Made by a program: the position numbers and the translations under genes
Part shown: in pieces, positions 23,896 to 37,127 of the stretch
Numbering within the stretch: position 1 is the first letter of the stretch
Layout: every line of letters starts with the position of its first letter
The notes under the pieces: model-generated
What the model saw: only the letters and a program-made list of their open reading frames with translations
Told to the model about the DNA's origin: nothing
Databases searched by the model: none
Assembly: GCF_018350175.1 (NCBI RefSeq)
Contig: NC_058370.1
Span: 13,082,001-13,146,000, forward strand
DNA from: Felis catus
Lineage: Eukaryota
DNA length: 64,000 nt
Reading direction: 5' to 3'

Positions 23896-26075
23896 TGTAA
23901 ACAACACAATCACGTCTAAAAGTGACTTAAATACAGTTATTTTTTCTTTTCTGAATGTAGGTGGCTCTGAGAATGATTCAGTAACTGAATTACATTCAGT
24001 AAAACGTAAGGGCTCAGGGTAACCTTTTTTTTTTTTTTTTTTTTTTTGTCGTGAAAAAATGGCTACCGTATTTCTAAGCACTGTGTCCCGAAACAACAGC
24101 GTGCAATGAAGTAGGCAAGGAAGCGTCTTGTCTGGCACATGTCTCCGCATCCTCAAGTCTTCCCCAGGACCACCCCTTCCCTGCCCACGCCCCCCAACAG
24201 GTGCTTCCTCAGATTCCATTGGCTAGAGCTGGTCACGTGCCCAAGATTCGCTGCAAAGGACGATGGGAGAGCAAGTAAGTGGCCCTTTCTAATCTGGCGG
24301 CTGTGCTGGGTTGGCAGGAATAAGGGCTGGGGGAGCTGTGGGGTTGACATCCAGCGGCACCTGCTCCCAAGGGCATCTCTCTCTCAGTCACTCCTGCTCC
24401 AGAGATGGGCTTCACTCTGCTTGGACCAACTTTGGTCCCATGAATCACTTCCGGGTCTGAGGGATTCGCCAGCTGATTGGCCAGGCCAGGTCACACGCTC
24501 CACCCGTAGCCCCAGACAGGGAGCTCATCCTGAACCCTGTAAGTAGAGAGGCGGAGAGTGGCTGTTTATCGGGGTATGGTTACCGGAAGATGGTGGGGGA
24601 GGGCAAACGTGTGCTGAAAACTCAAAACTGGAGGTTTATACTAAAGAAGCCGCATGAACACGTAATAATCCTTACTGGTGGGAATGTCTGTTCTTGCGGT
24701 GAAATTTCTGGCTAAACAGACGCGAGTTTTCTTGCCATTCTCTCATCCCTGGAGCAGCTAGTGGTGAAAGAGACTTGTTAAGGAGCTGTTTCTCTCTTTG
24801 TCTCTTTGCCCATGCCTCCCCATCCCCCAGCCATGCCTGTAATCTCCCCCACTGCCCTCCCCCCTTGGAAATTAATTGTCTTTTAAGTGGGAATTCAGGG
24901 AGTCCTTGCCTCCAGGTCGTACTGGCCAAGCTGAGTGCCCCGTAAACAGCACAGATATCTTTAAAAACTTGCTTTCTAGCTTTGGGAGGTGCAGGTGTCA
25001 TTGCAAAGGTTCGTGACGATTTATGAAGCTTCTGTTCAAATTTCCATTTCTGCCATCCCGAATGAAAGCCAGCCAAGCTCGCCTTAACTCTCCCCATGTA
25101 CCCATTACCAGCTTGTGCAGAATCTGAGCTGCACAAAGGCTCAAAATTACTATGTTCTAGCATAGACTCAGCCCAGAAGCAATTTGAATGTCCGTGGCTT
25201 TAAAATGACTTGGCAGTCAGTCTACAACATGTCCTGTGGCCCTAAACGGGCCTGCATACGTTAGTGGTGATTAATTGATTTGCTGATGGAGCTAGGAAAC
25301 CTTTGTGACCAAATTGAGAGAACAGCTCAGACCTGAGCAATCAAACCGGCCATTAAGAATCCTGCCCAGTCCCCAGGCCTGCCGCACCTCAGGGTTCTTG
25401 GGGAGAAAACTGAAAGGGAAGGAGGTTTAGCCGTAAATGCAGGGGACGTGCAATCAGGCTGGACAAAGGTTGGCGAGGATGGGGACCGTTCATTGCACCG
25501 GTGGTCTGTGACTTCCCCTAACCCCCTCCTGGGTTAAATACAGGGGAGCAAACTGCAGAGTGACATTGGGGCTCAGAGACCAGGAGACAGGCGAGGTGCC
25601 TGTCCTGCCATCTCCTGTCGCCGCAGATGTAAGGGCGACAGAGACGTGTGTGGTCGGGGCAAATTCGGAGGAAAGACCCCCTGAGTTCCTCTCTTCTCGG
25701 TGAGACGTCTGGTGTCTGTGAGTTCCTTCAGGCCGGGTCTGAGAAGTCCCCGTCCCCAGGCCAGCCACTCACTGCGACTGTCTCATTCCACAGCAGTGTC
25801 ACGGGGAGAGTGGATGGCAATTATCGGAGCTTTGTATTAAACGTGGAGTGATGGTTTAATAAGTGGAATTGTGTATTTAACCGCAGGCATTTTGGGCGTT
25901 TTAGATGAAATTTTATGTAGCAGAGAGTTCACCTTTACTCTTAAAAGTGACAGCCCAATTTTGTGGAATGCATCCTTTGTTTAAAAATCTGCATTTGAGA
26001 AACACCACATATACCAGAGAGATGTGAAGATGTTCATAGAGGCGCTGTTTGCTTTACGGAAAACATCAGAGGACA

Positions 26076-26535
26076 CATGCCATTTTCCTATTACTGCCCT
26101 AACAACTTACCATGAACGCGGTGACTTAAAACACAAACTTCTTCTCCTCTGTGCAGGTCAGGAGTGTAAGATGGGTTGGGAGGGCTGCTCGAGGGGAGAA
26201 TCCGTTTCCCTCCCTTTTCTGGCTTCCGGAAGCCACCTGGGCTCCTTGGCTCGTGGCCCCTCCGCCGTGTTCGTGCCCAGCAGCGCGGCATCTTCCCATC
26301 TCTCTCCGTTTCTGAGGTCACATCACCTCCTCCTGGCTCTGAGTCTCCCGCCCTCTTCTAAGGACCCTCGCGATGACCCTGGGCCCACCTGAGTAGTCCA
26401 GGTTAGTCTTCCGGTCTCAAGACCTTTAAGCTGATCACATGTACAAAGTCCCTTTACCATGTAAGGTAGCATATTCACAGATTCTGGGGATTAGGATGTG
26501 GACGGCTTTGGGGGGCTGTTACTCAGTTGACCACA
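26076..26535 (-). mobile_element. MLT1C/D-type solo LTR
   Basis: 'aagtccctttaccatgtaaggtagcatattcacagattctggggattaggatgtggac...ccaca' terminus; apparent 5-bp TSD GGACA at 26071-26075 and 26536-26540. Confidence 0.85.
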
Positions 26536-27357
26536 GGACAATCTGCATCAAAGACAGACAAGATGCTTCCCCAACAACAAACAGCTCCCAAATCCCAGGG
26601 CTTAACTAGGCAGAAAAGCTTCCCATCAGTGACGTTCCACTCCTTCACCCTGGGAAGAGGTCAGCTGGGGCCCCCGCCAAGGGCCACACAGCTGGGGTGG
26701 AGGCAGCTGGACTTCAGCCCGAGTCCTGGGCCCGACTCCACGGCCGTGACTTTCCCCAAACACGCGGCCCTCCCGCTCCCCCGCCCCCGTGTTATTCCGT
26801 CACTCTAAAAAAATAAATAACAGGCTCCGGCTGAGCTAGTTGGACGCCCTCCGCTCTATTTACTTTCCAGCATCTGCTTCATAAACCGTTGGACGTCCGT
26901 GTTCATTTTCCTTATTGCTGTTAACCTCGCCTTCCAATTATGCAGAATGTTCAGGCGCAGCGGCCCCCCTATTCCAGGGGCCCCGTCTCTGGCTGACATT
27001 TGCTGCTGTGTATCTTGGCCTTGACCGACAAAGGCAGCGACTTGTCACGTTGGTCCCATTTTCTTCAAAGTGCAGACGACTCCATGACCAGACGGGTGTC
27101 TGGGGGGCCCCGGGGCTCCGGGGGCTGCCGAACAGGTAAAGAAACACTTATACAAAAAATGCCAAGGCCGATGAAACCGTGTTTATTTGGTTTCTTCAGA
27201 AAACATGAAGGTTGGGAGGGACTAGAGAAAAAGGTTGCCACTGTGTGGTTTCGGCTTTTTCTTCTATGGACAATTTCAAGTTCATGTGGCCCATTTCACT
27301 TGGCATTTGAGGCTCCCGTGAATGCTCTGTGTTGCCGGGTTTCCCAATTAAACCCCG

Positions 27358-28015
27358 AATCATTCATTCAAGATGTAATGGTGATGTGTCTGTTATGTTC
27401 CAGGCACTGTTCTAGGCTCGATGTATAAAGCGGAAGATCAGTAAAAGTCTTGACATTAGGGAGCTCACCTTCTGGTCAAGGGCAATCGATAAAAAGATGA
27501 CATTATCTGGAACAAATCAGGCTGGTGCTAGGAAGGAAAGTGTGGCAGGGAATGGTGGGTTTGGGGTCCTCAGAGGACGCTGACCTGGAACAGAGACCTG
27601 AAAGCCAAGAGGGAGAGAGACAGGCTAATATGTGGAGAGAGAGTGTATTCCAGGCAGTGGGAACAGCAAGTGCAAAGGGCCTGGGGCAGGAGCATGTCTG
27701 GCAAGTTTGAGCAGCAGAGCGTGACCAGTGTGGCCACAGCAGAGGGAAGGAGGGAGACAAGTGTACAGAAAAGGCCAGAAAGGTGAGGAGACCAGACCAC
27801 CCTGGGCCTCCTCGGCCAATGTGAGGCTCTGGATCCTCACATTTTATCTGAATGAAGTGGGGGAGATTTTAAGGGTGATCTGACTCATACTTTAAAGGAC
27901 CATTCTGACCATTTTGTTAAGAATAGACTGGAGCAGGGGGCACATGCAGACGCAAGAGACCAGTGTGGAGAGCGCCTTAATAGCAGCTTGAAACAAAGTG
28001 GTAGCAGTGGAAGGG
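27358..28015 (-). mobile_element. L2 (L2a-like)
   Basis: 'tcattcattcaa...atgttccaggcactgttctagg', 'tccaggcagtgggaacagcaagtgcaaagggcctggggcagga'. Confidence 0.85.
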
Positions 28016-28063
28016 GAATATTTTTTTAAAGTGGAACCAATAGTTTCTATAAAATAGACTGGA

Positions 28064-28270
28064 CGTGGCCCAGTCAGTTAAGCGTCTGACCTCAGCTCAG
28101 GTCGCGATCCCACACTTCGTGGGTTCGAGCCCCGCATCGGACTCTGTGCTGACAGCTCAGAGCCTGGAGCCTGCTTCGGATTCCCTCTCTCTCTCTCTCT
28201 CTCTCGCTCTACCCCTCCTCTGCTTGCACTCTCTCTCTACTCCCCCAAATAAATAAATATTAAACAAAAA
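28064..28270 (+). mobile_element. Can-SINE, slightly 5'-truncated
   Basis: 'gtggcccagtcagttaagcgtctgac...gttcgagccccg...ctgtgctgacagctcagagcctggagcc' with (CT)n and A tail. Confidence 0.93.
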
Positions 28271-28544
28271 CAGGTTGGACATGCTATGTGCAAAAAACAA
28301 AACATAAGTCTCAGGATGATGCCCAAGTTGGTGCGAGCAGCTTGACTTTTGAGCTGTGAGAACCTGGCATGGGCTTATCCAGAAACATACAGATTTCCAG
28401 AGAATCAGTTTTGTGTTTGAGGACGTAAGGTAGACTCCTTCTCCTGCTTTGGGTGCCTTTTTTTAAAAAAATTGCAACACATGACTCATGGCAGATGGTC
28501 TTGGGGGCATTCCAGATTGTCATCTTTCATTGAAAACAACACGA

Positions 28545-28772
28545 GGGGCTCCTGGGTGGCTCAGTCGGTTGAGCGTCCGACTTCGGCTCAGGTCATGATC
28601 TCACAGCTCATGAGTTCGAGCCTTGCGTCAGGCTCTGTGCTGACAGCTCAGAGCCTGGAGCCTGCTTTGGACTCTGTCTCCCTCTCTCTGCCCCTCCCCC
28701 ACTGAGCACTCCTCTCTCTCTCTATCTCTGTGTCAAACATAAATAAGACATTTTTTAAAAATTAAAAAAAAA
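28545..28772 (+). mobile_element. Can-SINE (SINEC_Fc-type)
   Basis: ggggctcctgggtggctcagtcgg head through A tail. Confidence 0.95.
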
Positions 28773-29714
28773 CATGAAAAGAATATGAGATCTCCTTTAA
28801 CCTCATCTGAATGTTTTCAGTTATTGGATCTTGGAAAAACAAGCAAACGAACAGGAGAATCGGCGACAATGACTTGTGAAAAAGGACACAGAGAGGTCAG
28901 AAAGTGGCTTTCTAAGAGGCTTCAACTTGAATTAGATGTGAGACAGATGAGTGGCATCAGGCTGTTATGCGGCAGAAAGAATTGCAGTGTCGGACGGAGC
29001 AATAAAGGTGCAGAAATCGAGCAGAGACACGTGTTCTGCAGATATTAGCTGTTAGGTATGCGCTTTCTCTTGGTGACGTGCTCGGTATGAAATCCAATAT
29101 TATCCCAGTGAAGGGAGACAAGGCCACTAAGTGTCAGATGGCGAGGCGTATGACACTTCGTCAAGTCCCCTCGTAACTTGACACACAGCTTGTGCCGCTC
29201 GGGAAGGCGAGGGCAATGGTACCTCCGTTGTCCCTCACGTGGCGACTTTGGGAAGAGATGCCGGCACCGGGGTCCTGCCCACGGTGTGTGTGGCCGCTCA
29301 GTCCCCAGCACGATGCTCCGTGTCTCTTCCCCAAACAGAAACAAAAATAAAAAGCAGAAACAGAAACAAAATTGCCACAACGAACAGGACCAGGAAGGCA
29401 AGCGGGACTCCGGCCCCCCCAGGCCCCCACCCCGGGGTGGCCCCGGCGGGGGGGGACTGGGTCACGCTTGTCACCCTCTGTCCTTGCTGCCTCGGGAACG
29501 TCGCGCGGCTCAGGTCCAGCAGGACCGGGACCATTCCATCCGCCCCAAATGTGACCAGTGACACCAGGTGGGTCTGCTTGGCATGTGACCGCCTAGGTGT
29601 CTTTTTAATCTCGATGGTTTGGGTCATAACGAATTGTGTTGATATGCCATTTCTCATGTACCCGATGGGCAAAAATCCGAAAAGTTGGCGGTACTTCCAT
29701 GTTGATGGAGCCAG

Positions 29715-30310
29715 GAAACAGTGTGGAAACAGGCATCCCCAGCACGGCTGGTGGGGGTGAAACCACGCTACCCCTTTGGAGGACGTTCTGGCAATACCTA
29801 AAAAACACTGAGAAATGCACATACTTTTTGAGCCAGCAAATCCCACTCCTGGGAATCTCTGCTGCAGGAATTTGTGTACAAATCCGTCTGATCAAGGTCC
29901 CACGTGCACATCACAATGCTGTTTGTGAGGACCAAAAAAATGCAACGATTCTGCGTGTCTCTATGGGACACCAGACCCCAAAACATAAACGAGCAAGGAC
30001 TGTGAAACCTCTCCACACTGAAATGTTATGGAATGGTTCAGACAAAGGTGTGGGATTATGGGGTAACGATTGCCAAATGTACGCGCCATCTCGTAAGTGA
30101 TAAAAAAGCAGGACGACCGGCAGCATGAACAGAAGGGCACTCCTGTGCGTGAAGGGCGCCGATGTGAGGTTGCGTGTGCTCATATTTCTGTGTCTGCAAG
30201 AAAAAGCCCTGAAGGATATATTGAAAATCCAGAACGTGGATTTGTGTGGGGGGAGCAGCGTTCTCCTAATGGAAGTGAGCCCGTTAAATGCACATCCTTT
30301 TGTTGTTTTG
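29715..30310 (+). mobile_element. L1ME-like 3' fragment
   Basis: 'ctggtgggggtgaaacc..ccctttggagg..ctggcaatac...gagccagcaaatcccactcctgggaat' ORF2-end/3'UTR signature. Confidence 0.65.
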
Positions 30311-32459
30311 AGGTTTAAGTCGTCCGCAGGCACTGTCTAAAAACAACTTAGGAAGATGGCTTATGAACAGGCCCTTTCTGTTTTGTAGTCAAGGGTCGTG
30401 TTCGGACCCAAAACGTAGCAGGGGTCAGTAGAGAGCAGGGCAGGGGGTCCCCCTTGCGTGTCTATAAATCAGGAAGCGAAGGATGACCCAGCTCTCCCGA
30501 ACCTCCAAGTGGTGCCCACTGCCAACCCGCCCTGGGATCAGTTGGGAATGACTCGCAACGGGCACCAGGTTTGACTCTGTCCAGAGGCAATAATTCCCTG
30601 GAATTATTCTTCATTGAAGGCTCTGAGGGGGCAAATCACGCTGGTGTTTCAATTACAGAAGGGGGGTCACCGGTCACAGCCGGGTGACCCACTCCACATC
30701 GGGAGCAGGTTCCGATCCGATGGAGGGTGGGTGTGGTGGAGGGGGGCGCTGAACTTCCTGTTCCGTCCTCACGGTCTCCTTGACCCACAGTTGGGAGGTC
30801 TCCACCTCTAAGGCTCCGGGGCTGAAACTCTAATCGTAGAAGGACAGGAAGTAGCTCAAATATGAAGCCACAGATGGCCTGCCATTTTTACCTGAAGTGC
30901 TGGAATTTTCCGGAAAATGCCGGAGGAAGGGAAGAGGTCAAGTCGGCTGGCTCAGCCATTCATCATCTCTGGGTGTGACTGAACAGAGGCAAGCCCCGAA
31001 AATGTGAGCACCCTTCAAAGGGGCAGGGGAGCAGGAGGGCTTTACCTGCAGCCCTGCCCCGCCCCCCTCCCCTCGGTCTTGTGCGCAATTGTGGTTTCAG
31101 GTATTTGTGTCTCTTCCTACGACAGTGAGCACCCGGAGGAGGGCGTGTCCCAGTGCCTTGCTCCTCCGGGAACCCTGCGTGTCAGGCACTGGGTACTGGG
31201 GGCGGGCAGATGTCCAGGTGTGTTTGGGGACATCCGGCGTGTGTCTGTTGGCCCCCTTCACCGTTCCCAGCAGCCTCTTTCACTGTCCAGAGTGACCCAG
31301 TTTAAGCAACGACTAATTTTGCCAACCTGCCAGTAAGTCACAGAACTGCCCCCTGGGGTAACCCAAGCAGAGGAAATTATTGCGAGGATCTGGAGTGGCT
31401 CTATCAAGAAGGGGATTTGTCGTCTCACACAACTGGGAAGTCAGTCAAGAGCTGGCCTGGGACAGCCCTGATTCATGCCTGCTAATTAACCCTTGTAACC
31501 ATTATTAATAGGGCTCCATTTAGTTCCGCGAGTGTCTGGGGTTGGGCAGTAACTTATTTTGTCATCTCACATGGCTGTCAAGTATGGCTAGGGTCAGCGT
31601 CCAGATAAAGTCATCAGGATGTCTTGCTGTCGGTTCAGCCTCAGGGACCCGTTGGGGGCCGGGCGGCCTTGGTGCCCGCATCCTCACATCCACCGAGATT
31701 CCCAAGCACAGGGGGAGGGGGATGCAGTCCAGTAGCTTCCACAGAAGATCTGGGATCGATTCTGATGGAATCATCTTCGGGTTTGCTCCTGGATGATCCC
31801 GTCTGAATAACTGGGAGAAATGCAGTCTCAGAGATGTGTGGCTCAGAAAGATTTAGGTAGAGGGGCAGGCAGCTCACACCCCAGGGTATGTCCTGAAATA
31901 CCCATAGAATTTTCTAAGACGGAACAAGGCTCCCGTGTGCCTCGACACCTGGCAACTTCTGTAAACTTTTGCCCTATCGCATAAGCAAATCTCAACTATT
32001 AATTATTTAATTATTCTTAAACTTCCTTCCTGATCTGGATCTCGTGAGTCTTTGAAACTCCTTGACCAATGCAAACAGTTGAGGGTGATTTGAGGGCTGG
32101 CTTATATCAGTCTTCGACAAATAACAGTGAAATCTTCAGGGCTTAGCACAGATGACAACAGGCATCTCAGCAGGGGTAGCAAATTAAAATACATATCTAT
32201 GCAAGAACATGACGATCGGAAAGTCGCTTCTTAGACGAGCTCTCCAGTTACTGACTTCATGAGAGGATTTGTTAGCATGGGGAAATGAAAATGATACGTT
32301 ATAATTTGACATTTTCCACGCAAATGGAAAAGTAGCAGAGATATCTGTCATTTCAGTTCAAAAAAGAGCCCACCTGGAAGGAGGAGGATTATGCACACTG
32401 TCACAGTGGGAGGTAGTCCGTCATGGGTGGTTGAAAAAGAGGGATAAAGGTTCCTGAGG

Positions 32460-32880
32460 CTTGCTTTAGATACAAGTTACAGAGACCACCCCCACTTCCT
32501 CACCAAGCACAACGGCTTGGGGGTTTATTTTACCTCATGTAAACAAGTCTAGTGGTATGCAGTCCATAGATGGTATGACAGCTCCATGATAACATCAGAA
32601 CCCTAGGCTCTTTCTGGCTTTCTACTCCTCTGCCTTTATTGTGAGCCCTGTCTTATGGTCTCAAGATGGCTGCCAGAGCTCCAGCCCACACGACCAGATT
32701 TCAGAAGACAGACAATAGCAAAGAGCACTTGTCTACTGAGGCACCTCCTTTTAAAGATTTTCCCTGATAGTACCATCCAGTGGCTTAGATTTAGTAACTA
32801 TTGGCTAGATCTATGTACCATCCCGGGATAAGATAGAGACTGGTAAATGTTTTTCACTGGGAATCCAGCTTCTTGAAATA
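32460..32880 (-). mobile_element. MLT1K/L-like LTR
   Basis: 'tttattttacctcatgtaaacaagtctagtggta...tctcaagatggctgccagagctccagc...attggctaga'. Confidence 0.6.
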
Positions 32881-32899
32881 AAAATAAAGGTTCAGTTAA

Positions 32900-33115
32900 G
32901 GGGCACCTGGGTGACTTAGTCGGTTGAGCGTCCGACTTGGGCTCAGGTCATGATCTCGCAGTTTGTGAGTTTGAGCCCCTCGTCGGGCTCTGTGCTGACA
33001 GCTTGGAGCTTGGAGAGCCTGCTTCGGATTCTGTGTCTCCCTCTCTCTCTGCCACTCCCCCACTCATTCTCATGCTCTGTCTCTCTCTCAAAAATAAACA
33101 TTAAAAATTTTTTTA
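32900..33115 (+). mobile_element. Can-SINE (SINEC_Fc-type)
   Basis: Full copy; TSD aaaataa(a/g)ggttcagttaa at ~32881-32899 and ~33116-33134. Confidence 0.95.
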
Positions 33116-34274
33116 AAAATAAGGGTTCAGTTAAAAAGGAGAAGGAAAGAAGGAATATCACATAGACCTGACATAAACCAATCATGCCTCTTAACACACA
33201 ATTTTTTTTTTTAATTAGACGGTGCTTTTGATGTTTTCCTCTCCCTCCCTTTTTCCTTTGTCTTTTGTAACCTCCCATCTTCCATTAAAAGAAAACAAGC
33301 AGCAGAATGAGGCCACGTCTTACTTTTATTACCTTTTTTTCCCCCTTCCTGGAATGTATAAAATGAGATCTGGATTACAGAGACCCATGATCTTGTCCTC
33401 AAGAGACACAGTAAAGCAATCATAAATACTACGGAAGAACTTCACGAAAGAATTTGCTCTGGGATGGAAAACTCTCTATTATAAATCAAATACCTTCTTC
33501 CCCTCTCCCCCAATGTTTGAAATGTGACTACTTTACATGTATATTTAACTATATAAATAAGTGGTTTTAGCCACCTGGATTGAACCAAACACCCAAATGA
33601 GCTGCGCTCATCGACTGCAATGCCAATCACAGAATCAAAACTAATGTTAAGCTTTATTTCCTTAAAAAAAACCCTCAGCATCCAGCTTATTAAGGAACTA
33701 TATAAGTATATATTCTTTAAAGATTCAACTGTAACAAGACAAGCTCATTCAAATATTCTTGAAAGAGCTCCTTGCCCAGGTTTATTTCTGAGTCCAGTAG
33801 CCCAAGCTAAACCAAATACATCTTAAAATTTAAGCCACTATTAAGGCATGGTATTTCAAAAAATAGAGCCACGCCTTACTGAAATGCCTGAGGCTTAGAT
33901 GTAAGTGTCACAACACTCCAGCCATCCAGCCTGCACTTGCCACATCTTGTGATGTCTCAGCTTGGAGACCTGAGCCAGGCCCACTTGATAATGGGCCAGC
34001 TGTGCCACCATCAGTCTCTGTAGAGCAAGTGGAAGTCTAGAGGAAGCATTTGCATTTTGGAGAGTGAGGCATGAATCTTAGGATCTGGGGTAGCAGAGAT
34101 TAGCATAATGGGCTAAATGGAATTCAATGGAATAGTCTAGACACAGTAGTTTCCCGTGGAAAAAAATATGATAAAACCTTTTATGAAGACCCATGGTTCA
34201 TCCCATGAGTGATGGAGACTCTGCTAGAGATAATAGAGACATTACATCCCAGAACTATTAGGCGTTGTGTACAG

Positions 34275-34378
34275 ATGGATGGATAATGGAATGTGGATGA
34301 AAAGTGGATGGATGGATGGATGGATGGATGGATGGAAGGATGGACGGATGGACGGATGGACGGATGGATGGATGGACA
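34275..34378. repeat. (GGAT/GGAC)n tetranucleotide microsatellite
   Basis: ggatggatggatgg... with ggac variants. Confidence 0.95.
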
Positions 34379-34516
34379 GAGAGACAGGTGCACGCATTTT
34401 CTCTGTCTTGTTCTACGTTTGGCACGTGGTGGGGGAAGGAAGTCAATAACAACTGTGAAACGAATAAACACACGGATGAAGGAGGATGTTTCTGGTCTTT
34501 CCCATCCTATAAAGGC

Positions 34517-34790
34517 AGAATAGTGAGAGGGAGGAGACTCAGGCTCTTGAATCAGATGGCCTGGACTTAAATCCTGGATTCGTCCTGAGTTGCTGTGTGG
34601 CCTTAATTTCAGGTCACTGGACATCCCTGAGCCTCACCATTCTCATCTGTGTAACGGAAAGTGCATTGTCATTGTCACTGCTGTTGTCATGTCATCATCA
34701 CCACCACCATCATCATCGTGTGAGAGTGAATACGATAATGCACACCAGGTGCTTAGCAGAGAGCCAGGCACACACAGCAAGTCGTTCAAG
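34517..34790 (+). mobile_element. MIR with internal (CAT/CAC)n expansion
   Basis: 'ggctcttgaatcagatggcctggacttaaatcctgg...ctgagcctca..tctcatctgt...gtgcttagcagagagccaggcacac'. Confidence 0.75.
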
Positions 34791-34934
34791 AAAGGCTACT
34801 CTTAGTCTGATCCATATGAAATCGCTGTTATACTTATGATGACATCCTGATTATCTCTAAGTTTCCTTAAGAGAAAGGAAAATACTGCGCCCACTACCAT
34901 TATTACTGCTGCTACTAATTTTAATAGTAAGAGC

Positions 34935-35150
34935 ACCGATTGAGTGGTCCATATGTGGCAGAAACTCTTCTAGGCACTTCTCCATACTAGTTGACTTTAT
35001 CCTCATGATAACACTGTGAGTAGGTGCTGTTATCATCCCCGTTGGGCAGATGAGGAAACCGAAGCATAGAAAGGACACATCACTTGCCCAGGTCACCTGG
35101 CTGGGAAGTAGAGGAACTTCAATTCCAATCCCAAGACCCTGGCTACCAAT
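34935..35150 (-). mobile_element. MIR
   Basis: 'tgtgagtaggtgctgttatcatccccgttgggcagatgaggaaaccgaagc...cacttgcccaggtcac'. Confidence 0.85.
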
Positions 35151-35445
35151 AGCGGTTACCAAGTCCTTCCTATTTATTTGTGGGCATAGCTCAGCTGTCT
35201 GATTTGCATCCAGGCAATATACAGTCAATGAGAAGACTGTGTGTCTTCACGACCCCATGGGTGTCTGGACGGAAGAGAAGGTCCTTTCCTTTTGTAAGTG
35301 TGATTCAGTCACGTCTTCAGTTCAGGGTGGCCTCGGCTCAAGGCTGAATTTTCTGATGTTCATGCTCATAGCTGGAAGGCAGTGCCCAAAGACCGCTTCA
35401 AACGTGAGAAAGGGTTGCATTCTAGAATTTTATCCTCATCTGTAT

Positions 35446-35688
35446 TTTTTTTTGTTTTATTTTATTAAAAAAATTTGTTTTAATATTTATTTTTGAGCGA
35501 GAGAGTGAGAGAGACAGAGTGTGCGTGGTGGAGAGGCAGGGAGAGAGAGAGAGAGACAGAATCTGAAACAGGCTCTAGGCTCTGAGCTGTCAGCACAGAG
35601 CCCGACACAGGGCTCGAACCCATGGACCCTGAGATCATGACCCGAGCCGAAGTGGGACGCTTAACCGACTGAGCCACCCACGCGCCCC
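35446..35688 (-). mobile_element. Can-SINE (SINEC_Fc-type)
   Basis: Full copy; TSD tcctcatct(g/t)tatt on both flanks. Confidence 0.95.
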
Positions 35689-37127
35689 TTCCTCATCTTT
35701 ATTGTCATCCGTATTGATCTTTCACCAACTTTCTGCTCCACTTAGAGTCTCTGAGGTTCTTCTGAAGGAGAAATTAAGTGTGTGAATGTGTGGCCAGGAG
35801 CTGTAAGGCCTATAGAGAGTCTCAGTCAACACCCTCTCATAAAAACCCAACTCAGAAAAAGGAAGTTAATCGCCTTTGTCACTGATCGGGTCAGAGCCAT
35901 GTGGGTGTAATAGATTGGATAATTTATCCCAAACACTTTCTTTTGTCATGTGGCCTCTGGAGGCTTCCTTAGGAGTGAGCAGAGCAATATCCTTATCCCC
36001 CAGACTTTGTTCTTGGCCACGTAACTTGCTTGGCCAACGGGATATGAGTGGGCGTGACGTGAGAAGAGCCTTTAAACGCATTCCCATGGCGTGCTTAGGC
36101 AGCTGCCCTTTTGGTACGGGCACGAGAAGGGCAGGGTCCAAGCATCCTATGGGCCTGGGATGGTGACTTGTGGACTGAACCTGACCTGAAGTCTGATGCA
36201 GAGATGCACCTTTTGACCTGAAGACCTGTGAGTGAGGAGATTACACATTAGCTTTTATGGCCCGGCCAATTCCAAGATGGTTTGTTATGCAGCTCTGTTG
36301 GGTTATATGTCCTTCTCTGAACCAGTCACTAAGGCTGGACAGAATGAAATAGGTTTCTAAACTAATCCCATAACCACTCACTCTTGGAGCTGAGGGTAGA
36401 ATCCATGCTTTCTAGTGTGGGCTGGGAATGAATCCCCAGGAAAAGAAAAGAAAGACACTATCTTATTAAAAGTCATGTGAGTGAATGCTGGCGGGCGAAA
36501 GCAACCCTTGCCCGCTGCACAGAGCTGATGCCCGTAATTCTAATGCTTTATACTTACAATTGTATGACCTTCTCACATCTTTTCACAGCTTACTTATTAT
36601 GGAAACAAAAGCAAGCTGTGCTCCTTTGATTTTTAAGGTTGTGGTTAATGAGCAATTGTCCAGTCTCTTGTGTGGCGCTTTTTCTCTTACCTTCTCCTTT
36701 GTATTTTTTAAAAGATCAAAATAAAAAATATACATCACAATGTGTATGACAGCAATTATTTAGCTCAAATAACTCCCAAATAGCACCAAGCACCTAAGTC
36801 CTACAGGCTTATTCCTCATGTCATTCCATTTGAAATATGGACCTTGAAAGGTGAGCACTTGGCTTTTTTCAACTTTAGATCTCCATTGACAGAACCATTA
36901 AAGTGTCTGTTCCCAACGACAGAGCTTTTAAATGCTCCTTTCCTTTTCATTATGTGCACCTTTGGGGGCAGCGACTTCGGTTCGCTGAAGTGAGCTGCCA
37001 TCTTGTCTAAAACAAGTCTGTGTTCTTGTTCAGAGGAACTTGAGGACCAGTATTAATTTGAGGGTAAGTTCAGGGAAGTTGAAACCTTTTAATGTACCTA
37101 CACACAGTATATTGGGGTTCAAGATGG

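Noticed and set aside
34181-34624. MDGW/PSIH repetitive ORFs
   Set aside because: Translation of the (GGAT)n microsatellite
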